The notes beneath the pieces are model-generated. The model saw only the letters and a list, made by a program, of their open reading frames with translations. It did not search any database and was not told the DNA's origin. This document shows, in pieces, positions 26,797 through 33,260 of a stretch of 33,260 bases of DNA. The stretch comes from an uncultured Ruminococcus sp. GTDB lineage: Bacteria; Bacillota; Clostridia; Oscillospirales; Ruminococcaceae. The stretch lies in contig CAYMTG010000001.1 of the NCBI GenBank assembly GCA_964393305.1, positions 1 through 33,260 on the forward strand, read 5' to 3'. The translations under genes and the position numbers were made by a program. Each line of letters starts with the position of its first letter. The first letter of the stretch is position 1.

Positions 26797-27534
26797 ATGA
26801 ACCGATCGTATTATTATGGCGCAAACGGAATGATTTTGGCTCAGAGGAAGATGAACACCATCGGCAATAACCTCGCCAATGTAAGTACATCCGGTTATAA
26901 GCGAGACACTGTTCTGGTGAACACCTTCCATGAGCAGATGGCGCTTGTCAAGCACCGCGAGGAGCTTTCCGGCACGTTTTCGCATCGCTATGTAGATACT
27001 TCCTACACGGATTTGGAGCAGGGAACATTCGAGTATACCGAATATCCCTTTGATGTGGCTATTAATGGCGATGTTTATTTCAATATTCAAGGCTACAACG
27101 GCGAGGTTATGCTTACACGCAACGGAGATTGGGAGCTGGACGACGAAGGCTACCTGTGCGCATCCACATCGGGGCGTGTGCTGGGCGAGAACGGCGAGAT
27201 CTACCTTGGCAATAAGGATTTTGTTATTGATGTAGACGGTACGATTTACCAGGACGGCGTCGCAATTGACAAATTGCTTCTAAGTTACATAGATCCGGAG
27301 TCGGATGTAACGAAATTCGGCGTGAATATGTTCTCGAGTGTAGAGGCGGGTGCCGTACCCGAGGGAGTACAATATGATATTGTTCAGGGCGCGCTTGAAC
27401 GCTCGAACGTTGACTGGAACTACGAGCTTAATATGCTTCTTGAGGTAAACAGACTTTATGAGGCAAATTCGGCTATTCTGAAGCTGGCTGACGGACTTAA
27501 TCAGGGTTCTAACAACCTCTGCAAGAAGGCATAA
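26797..27534 (+). CDS. flgG: Flagellar basal-body rod protein, FlgF/FlgG (FlhO-like)
   Basis: GNNLANVSTSGYK, DVAING, LTRNG and QGALERSNV motifs; first of two tandem paralogues, so the exact symbol is uncertain. Confidence 0.82.
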   Translation: MNRSYYYGANGMILAQRKMNTIGNNLANVSTSGYKRDTVLVNTFHEQMALVKHREELSGTFSHRYVDTSYTDLEQGTFEYTEYPFDVAINGDVYFNIQGYNGEVMLTRNGDWELDDEGYLCASTSGRVLGENGEIYLGNKDFVIDVDGTIYQDGVAIDKLLLSYIDPESDVTKFGVNMFSSVEAGAVPEGVQYDIVQGALERSNVDWNYELNMLLEVNRLYEANSAILKLADGLNQGSNNLCKKA

Positions 27535-27552
27535 CGGAGAAAGGCGGATACA

Positions 27553-28281
27553 ATGAATATATCATTCCATACCGGAAAAAGTGCGATGATCGCTCAGGCA
27601 CAGGCTTTGAACGTCTACGGAAACAATATCGCAAATATCAATACTGTTGGTTACCAGCAGATACGTCCGTCGTTCGCGGACTGCATATACGAAACCTACA
27701 GGCTCCCGGAGGATGACTGGCAGACGGGTCATGGCACGTATATCCAGAAGACCGATCTGCTGTTCGGCGAGTCGCATTTCCAGTATACCGATAGTATGCT
27801 GGACGTTGCTATCGCGGGAGAGGGTTTCTTCGCGGTGGAGGATCGTTGGGGCAACGTCAACTATACCCGCGACGGTGCTTTTGCTATGACGCAGGATCAG
27901 ACGACGGGGGATTGGTATCTTGTCTCCGGTTCGGGCGAATATGTTCTCGATTATGATAAAAACCGCATTGTTGTGCCATTTAACGATACGGATACCGAGG
28001 TGGACTGGGGCGCGCTCAATGAGATGATCGGCGTATTTGAGTTCCCGAATCCTTATGGGATCGAAGCATATGGCACAAATCGCTATCTCGAAACCGAGAG
28101 GAGCGGCGCGGCGGTCGCAAATACCGATGCGGTAAAGCTTCAAGGAGCGCTTGTTGTATCCAATGTCGACCTTGCGACGCAAATGGTAAAGCTTATAGAG
28201 ACACAGCGTGCGTATCAGCTTAGCTCGCGTGTTGTTACAACATCGGACGAACTGGCGAGAATTGCGAATAATCTCAGATAA
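27553..28281 (+). CDS. flgG: Flagellar basal-body rod protein, FlgG (FlhP-like)
   Basis: GNNIANINTVGY, DVAIAGEGFF, YTRDGAF and SNVDLATQMVKLIETQRAYQ motifs. Confidence 0.85.
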   Translation: MNISFHTGKSAMIAQAQALNVYGNNIANINTVGYQQIRPSFADCIYETYRLPEDDWQTGHGTYIQKTDLLFGESHFQYTDSMLDVAIAGEGFFAVEDRWGNVNYTRDGAFAMTQDQTTGDWYLVSGSGEYVLDYDKNRIVVPFNDTDTEVDWGALNEMIGVFEFPNPYGIEAYGTNRYLETERSGAAVANTDAVKLQGALVVSNVDLATQMVKLIETQRAYQLSSRVVTTSDELARIANNLR

Positions 28282-28327
28282 ATAAATAGACCCTGATTAC
28301 TTTTGGGTGATACATGGGAGGGTAATT

Positions 28328-28945
28328 ATGTTAAAAAATTATGACGACCTCTCTCCCATAGCATTTGATTGCTTGAGGGAAATAGGTAACATAGGTTCGG
28401 GAAGTGCGGCGTCTTCATTATCGCAGATGCTGGGCAAAAACATTGAGATGCACGTGCCGGATGTGCGTGTGCTGGATTATCAATCGGTCATAGACGAAAT
28501 GGGCGGGCCCGAAAAGGTGATTACCGGTATTCTCGTGACGCTGTGCGGCGATATCAGCGGAATGATAATGTTCCTGTTGGAGGATACGTTCGCGAAGGTG
28601 GTGCTTAACACTTTCCTCGGTAAAGAGAACGTTAATGTTATAGATCTGGACGAGAACGATTTCTCCGTGATCAAAGAAATGGGTAACATTATGGCGGGGT
28701 CATATTTGGGGGCGCTTTCAACGCTTACCGGTTTTACAATAGATATGAGTGTTCCTTCTATGACGGTGGATATGATGGGTGCTATTATGAACGCGCCTAT
28801 GATTGAATTCTCAGAGGTTGGAGATAAGGTTCTCTTTATTAACGATGGATTTATAATCGACGAGGTAGACATCAATTCACACATTATTTTGATTCCTACC
28901 GTTGAGTCGCTTGATATTTTAATGAAGAAGCTCGGTGTATTCTAA
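28328..28945 (+). CDS. cheC: CheY-P phosphatase CheC
   Basis: Two ExGN motifs (REIGNIG, KEMGNI). ATG 28328 lies behind GGGAGG. The stop overlaps the cheD start (TAATG). Confidence 0.93.
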   Translation: MLKNYDDLSPIAFDCLREIGNIGSGSAASSLSQMLGKNIEMHVPDVRVLDYQSVIDEMGGPEKVITGILVTLCGDISGMIMFLLEDTFAKVVLNTFLGKENVNVIDLDENDFSVIKEMGNIMAGSYLGALSTLTGFTIDMSVPSMTVDMMGAIMNAPMIEFSEVGDKVLFINDGFIIDEVDINSHIILIPTVESLDILMKKLGVF

Positions 28946-29421
28946 TGGGAAATATAACGATTGGTATTGGAGATTTAAAGGTTTGTAGAGCGCCGGATGT
29001 GTTGGTTACATATGCGCTTGGTTCATGCGTGGGGATTTGTTTGCTTGATAGTGCGGCGGGAATAGGCGGGTTGTCGCACATTATGCTCCCGGAAAGCAGT
29101 GGTATGTCCCTGCAGACGTCTCCTATGAAGTTTGCCGATAAGGCGCTGCCGATGCTGGTGCAGCAGATGGTGGCGTTTGGCGCAAATAAGACCCGGCTTA
29201 CAGCAAAAATCGCGGGCGGGGCAACGATGTTCTCAATCGCGAACGAGAAGTTTAATATAGGTGAACGCAATGTTAAAGCGGTAAAGCAGTTTTTAATGGA
29301 GAATAAAATTCCAATTCTGGCGGAAGACTGCGGTCTCAACTATGGTCGAACTCAATTGTTCTATCCGGCAACCGGAGTTATGGAAATCAGGGCAGCGTCA
29401 AAGGGGACGAAAATGCTATGA
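28945..29421 (+). CDS. cheD: Chemoreceptor glutamine deamidase CheD
   Basis: LGSCVG (catalytic Cys), HIMLP, AKIAGGA and IGERN motifs. Confidence 0.95.
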   Translation: MGNITIGIGDLKVCRAPDVLVTYALGSCVGICLLDSAAGIGGLSHIMLPESSGMSLQTSPMKFADKALPMLVQQMVAFGANKTRLTAKIAGGATMFSIANEKFNIGERNVKAVKQFLMENKIPILAEDCGLNYGRTQLFYPATGVMEIRAASKGTKML

Positions 29422-29428
29422 TATGAAA

Positions 29429-29455
29429 GGGGCGGAAATTCGCCCCCTTTTTTTT
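29429..29455 (+). terminator. Intrinsic terminator ending the flagellar cluster
   Basis: GGGGCGG...TCGCCCC stem followed by T8, just after the cheD stop. Confidence 0.85.
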
Positions 29456-29491
29456 GGGGGGGAGAAGATTTCTTCTACTTTAAATAATGAT

Positions 29492-29520
29492 AAAAACGCG
29501 GCATCTTTCGACGCCGCGTT
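29492..29520 (-). terminator. Intrinsic terminator of the PFOR gene
   Basis: Minus strand AACGCGGCGUC-GAAA-GAUGCCGCGUU-UUU, about 25 nt after the PFOR stop. Confidence 0.8.
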
Positions 29521-29545
29521 CTCTTTGTTTTAAGTGGTTTGCAGA

Positions 29546-32500
29546 TTACTTGTTCTCAAACTCGTCCTTGTAGGACTTGTCAAGCTCCACGAGGTGGTCA
29601 TACTTGCTCTTGAAGTTCTTAACAGCCTTGTCGAAGAGCTTTTCAGCTCTCTCGGGATTAGCGCGAACGAGCGAGTTATAACGAACCTCTCTCATCATAA
29701 ATGCCTTAACATCGCCTGTGGGAGCCTTGCTGTCGAGAGTGAACGGAGACTTGCCCTCGTCCGCGAGTGCCGGGTTGAAACGGAACAGATGCCAGTAACC
29801 CGCTTCTACAGCTTCCTTCTCGACCTGTTGAGCGATGGTCAGACCGCCCTTGATGCCGTGGTTAATGCACGGAGCGTATGCGATAATCAGCGAAGGTCCG
29901 TTGTAAGCCTCAGCCTCGGCAATTGCCTTCAAGCACTGATTTCTGTCAGCGCCCATGGAGATCTGAGCAACGTAGATGTAGCCGTAGCTCATCGCGATAC
30001 CCGCGAGGTCCTTCTTCTTAACTTCCTTACCGCCTGCCGCGAACTGAGCGACCGCACCAATGTTGGTAGCCTTGGACGCCTGTCCGCCTGTGTTGGAGTA
30101 AACCTCGGTATCGAATACGAGGATATTCACATTCTTGCCGGAAGCGAGAACGTGGTCAACTCCTCCGTAACCTATATCGTATGCCCAACCGTCGCCGCCG
30201 AAGATCCACTGGCTCTTCTTGGAGAGATAGTTCTTGAGAGCGAGTACGTCAAGCGCTTCTTGGTTGCCGCAGTTGCAAGCTTCAATCTTCTCGACGAGTG
30301 CCTTTGCAGCAGCCGCGTTGCACTTGCCGCAATCCTTGGTTTCAAGATACTTGTCGATGAGGGCTATCATCTCGGCGTTGCCCTTCTCCTCAGCCTTAGC
30401 ACGGAGAGCCTGTACCTTAGTCTGCGCTCTGTTCCTGAGAGTGTCCTGAGCGAGGAACATACCCAGACCAAACTCCGCGTTGTCCTCAAAGAGGGAGTTG
30501 CCCCAAGCCGGACCCTTGCCTTCCTTGTTGGTGGTGTACGGAGTGGAAGGCTCAGAACCTGCCCAGATGGAGGAGCATCCGGTCGCGTTAGCGATATACA
30601 TTCTGTCGCCGAAAAGCTGTGTTACGAGCTTAGCGTACGGAGTCTCGCCGCATCCCGCGCAAGCGCCGGAGAATTCGAGCAGCGGCTGCTTGAACTGAGC
30701 GCCCTTAACGCTGCTCTCCTTGAACTTCTCAACAGCGGCAGCGTTTTCGTTGTCGTTTGCTACCGCGTAATCGAATACCTTCTGCTGATCCATAACGCTC
30801 TCGATAGGCGACATAACAAGCGCATTCTTGCTCTTGTCCTTTGCGCCCGCAGGGCAGATGTTAGCACAAACGCCGCAGCCTGTGCAGTCGAGGGTGGAGA
30901 TGGTCATTGTATACTTCATACCGGGCATTCCGGTCGCGTCCTTAACGGGCGTACCCTCGGGAAGCTTTGCAGCCTGATCAGCGGAGTAGACGAACGGACG
31001 GATAACAGCGTGAGGACAAACCATCGCGCAGTTGTTGCACTGGATACAGTTCTCGGGGATCCACTTGGGAACGTCAACAGCTATGCCGCGCTTTTCAAAC
31101 GCAGCGGAACCCTGCGGGAACGTACCGTCGGCGATGTCAACAAAGGTAGAAACAGGGAGCTTGTCGCCGCGCTGTGCGTTTACGGGAACCTGAATGTTGT
31201 TTACGAAGTCGATGAGGAACTTGTTGTCGCCCTCGAAGTGCGGCTGAACAAGCTCGCCCTCCGCGTTAGCCCAAGAAGCGGGAACGTCAACCTTGATAAC
31301 CTCGCCCGCACCCTTTTCGATAGCAGCGTAGTTCATATTTACGATGTCCTCGCCCTTCTTAGCGAAAGACTTGTAAGCGGCCTTCTTCATATAGTCGATC
31401 GCCGCGTCTGCGGGGATAATGTTCGCGATGGAGAAGAATGCGGACTGAAGAACGGTGTTTGTCTTGTTGCCCAGACCGATCTCCTTGGCTACCCTGATCG
31501 CGTTGATGATGTAGAAGTTGATGTTATTCTTAGCGATGTAAGCCTTAACGGGAGCGGGAAGCTTTTCGTCAAGCTCGTCCACCGACCACTGGCAGTTGAG
31601 CAGGAACGAACCGCCGGGAACTACATCCTGAACCATATCGTACTTGTCGATGTAGGACGGGTTGTGGCAGGCAACAAAGTTTGCCTTGTTGATGAAGTAG
31701 GTAGACTTGATAGGAGTCTTACCAAAGCGCAGGTGGGAAATAGTTACACCGCCGGACTTCTTGGAGTCGTAAGCGAAATAAGCCTGCGCGTACATATCGG
31801 TGTGATCGCCGATAATCTTGATGGAGTTCTTGTTCGCACCGACCGTACCGTCAGAGCCGAGACCCCAGAATTTGCAGCACGTGGTGCCTTCCGGCGTGGT
31901 GTTGGGGTTCTCAACGATCGGGAGAGAGAGGTTGGTAACATCGTCTTCGATACCGATCGTAAATACGGGCTTGGAGGTGTTGTTGTAAACAGCGATGATC
32001 TGAGCGGGGTTGCAGTCCTTTGAGCCGAGACCGTAACGTCCGGTGAATACGGGAACGTCCTGGAACTTGTTCTCCTTCTTGAGAGCCGCGACAACGTCGA
32101 GGTAAAGCGGCTCGCCGAGAGATCCCGGCTCCTTTGTTCTGTCGAGAACGGAAATCTTCTTAACGGTGGAAGGAATAGCGTCAACCAGCGCGCTTGAAAC
32201 GAACGGTCTGTACAGTCTTACCTTTACGAGACCGACCTTCTTGCCCTGACTGAGCATATAGTCGATAGTCTCCTCGATGGTGTCGCATACGGAACCCATT
32301 GCGACGATGACCTGCTCCGCGTCGGGAGCGCCGTAGTAGTTGAAGAGCTTATAGTCGGTGCCGATCTCGGCGTTGACCTTGTTCATGTACTCGGTAACGA
32401 TGTTCGGAATGTTCTCATAGTACTTGTTGCAGGCCTCGCGAGCTTGGAAGAAAATGTCGGGGTTCTGAGCGGTACCGTGGAGAACGGGCTTCTCGGGGTT

Positions 32501-33124
32501 GAGCGCTCTGTCGCGGAATGCCTGAATGGAATCCCAGTCTACCATCTTAGCGAGCGTGTCATAATCCCATACCTCGATCTTCTGAATCTCGTGAGAGGTA
32601 CGGAAGCCGTCGAAGAAGTGCAGGAAAGGAACTCTGCCCTTGAGGGTGGAGAGGTGAGCTACCGCTCCGAGATCCATAACCTCCTGAGGGTTAGTGGAGC
32701 AGAGCATAGCGTAGCCGGTCTGGCGACAAGCGTAGATATCGCTGTGATCGCCGAATATGGAGAGTGCGTGAGAAGCGACAGCTCTCGCGGAAACATGGAT
32801 AACCGAGGGGAGAAGCTCACCCGCGATCTTGTACATATTCGGAATCATCAGGAGCAGACCCTGAGAAGCGGTGTAAGTAGTGGTGAGAGCGCCTGCGGAA
32901 AGAGATCCGTGAACCGCACCCGCTGCGCCTGCCTCGGACTGCATCTCAACGACCTTAACTGTCTCGCCGAAAATGTTCTTTCTTCCTGCGGTTGCCCAGG
33001 AATCGGTGACCTCCGCCATAACGGACGAAGGAGTGATGGGGTAAATCGCAGCCAAATCGGTGAACGCATATGATACGTGTCCCGCAGCGTTGTTACCATC
33101 CATCGTAAGCTTTTGTCTTGCCAT
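29546..33124 (-). CDS. nifJ: Pyruvate:ferredoxin (flavodoxin) oxidoreductase, single-chain homodimeric type
   Basis: YPITP, EMQSEAGAAG, two CxxCxxCxxxCP ferredoxin motifs, GACAGCGE and the GGDG...NTGGQ TPP motif; 1192 aa; RBS AGGAGG. Confidence 0.97.
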   Translation of the reverse strand: MARQKLTMDGNNAAGHVSYAFTDLAAIYPITPSSVMAEVTDSWATAGRKNIFGETVKVVEMQSEAGAAGAVHGSLSAGALTTTYTASQGLLLMIPNMYKIAGELLPSVIHVSARAVASHALSIFGDHSDIYACRQTGYAMLCSTNPQEVMDLGAVAHLSTLKGRVPFLHFFDGFRTSHEIQKIEVWDYDTLAKMVDWDSIQAFRDRALNPEKPVLHGTAQNPDIFFQAREACNKYYENIPNIVTEYMNKVNAEIGTDYKLFNYYGAPDAEQVIVAMGSVCDTIEETIDYMLSQGKKVGLVKVRLYRPFVSSALVDAIPSTVKKISVLDRTKEPGSLGEPLYLDVVAALKKENKFQDVPVFTGRYGLGSKDCNPAQIIAVYNNTSKPVFTIGIEDDVTNLSLPIVENPNTTPEGTTCCKFWGLGSDGTVGANKNSIKIIGDHTDMYAQAYFAYDSKKSGGVTISHLRFGKTPIKSTYFINKANFVACHNPSYIDKYDMVQDVVPGGSFLLNCQWSVDELDEKLPAPVKAYIAKNNINFYIINAIRVAKEIGLGNKTNTVLQSAFFSIANIIPADAAIDYMKKAAYKSFAKKGEDIVNMNYAAIEKGAGEVIKVDVPASWANAEGELVQPHFEGDNKFLIDFVNNIQVPVNAQRGDKLPVSTFVDIADGTFPQGSAAFEKRGIAVDVPKWIPENCIQCNNCAMVCPHAVIRPFVYSADQAAKLPEGTPVKDATGMPGMKYTMTISTLDCTGCGVCANICPAGAKDKSKNALVMSPIESVMDQQKVFDYAVANDNENAAAVEKFKESSVKGAQFKQPLLEFSGACAGCGETPYAKLVTQLFGDRMYIANATGCSSIWAGSEPSTPYTTNKEGKGPAWGNSLFEDNAEFGLGMFLAQDTLRNRAQTKVQALRAKAEEKGNAEMIALIDKYLETKDCGKCNAAAAKALVEKIEACNCGNQEALDVLALKNYLSKKSQWIFGGDGWAYDIGYGGVDHVLASGKNVNILVFDTEVYSNTGGQASKATNIGAVAQFAAGGKEVKKKDLAGIAMSYGYIYVAQISMGADRNQCLKAIAEAEAYNGPSLIIAYAPCINHGIKGGLTIAQQVEKEAVEAGYWHLFRFNPALADEGKSPFTLDSKAPTGDVKAFMMREVRYNSLVRANPERAEKLFDKAVKNFKSKYDHLVELDKSYKDEFENK

Positions 33125-33260
33125 TGGTTTATCCTCCTAAAAATTTTAAAGATAATTCAAGGTACTTTTCACTCCGACGCTTCACTTGCTTAAATACAAA
33201 TGAAACAAGTAACGATTACACGCTACACAAGTCATTGTTTAAAGTCCTCGCTGCTACACT

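Noticed and set aside
29534-33073. Long plus-strand ORFs of 829 aa and 209 aa
   Set aside because: They are antisense shadows of the strongly codon-biased PFOR gene, with no RBS or recognisable motifs.

Overview
The window looks like a chromosomal segment of an anaerobic Firmicute (probably Clostridia, e.g. Oscillospiraceae/Ruminococcaceae-like; taxonomy is inferred from gene order, T-box control and sigma-A promoters). It has three parts. (1) The start of a trp operon on the minus strand: trpE and trpG (trpG runs off the window edge), under a consensus sigma-A promoter and a Trp-specific T-box riboswitch. (2) A divergent, roughly 26.6 kb plus-strand flagellar hook-basal-body/motor/export/chemotaxis cluster: flgB flgC fliE fliF fliG fliH fliI fliJ fliK flgD [TIGR02530-like] flgE flbD motA motB fliM fliY cheY fliO fliP fliQ fliR flhB flhA fliA flgG-like x2 cheC cheD. 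(3) A convergent pyruvate:ferredoxin oxidoreductase gene (nifJ/pfor). The most interesting unexplained signals are: a structured RNA leader and a 3' hairpin bracketing a very large, repeat-expanded flgE, next to an uncharacterised protein with an RNase/RNA-binding-like motif; two dense arrays of triloop hairpins between cheY and fliO; a near-consensus promoter separating motA from motB; and a stator with Na+-type signatures and an extended MotB where fliL is missing.
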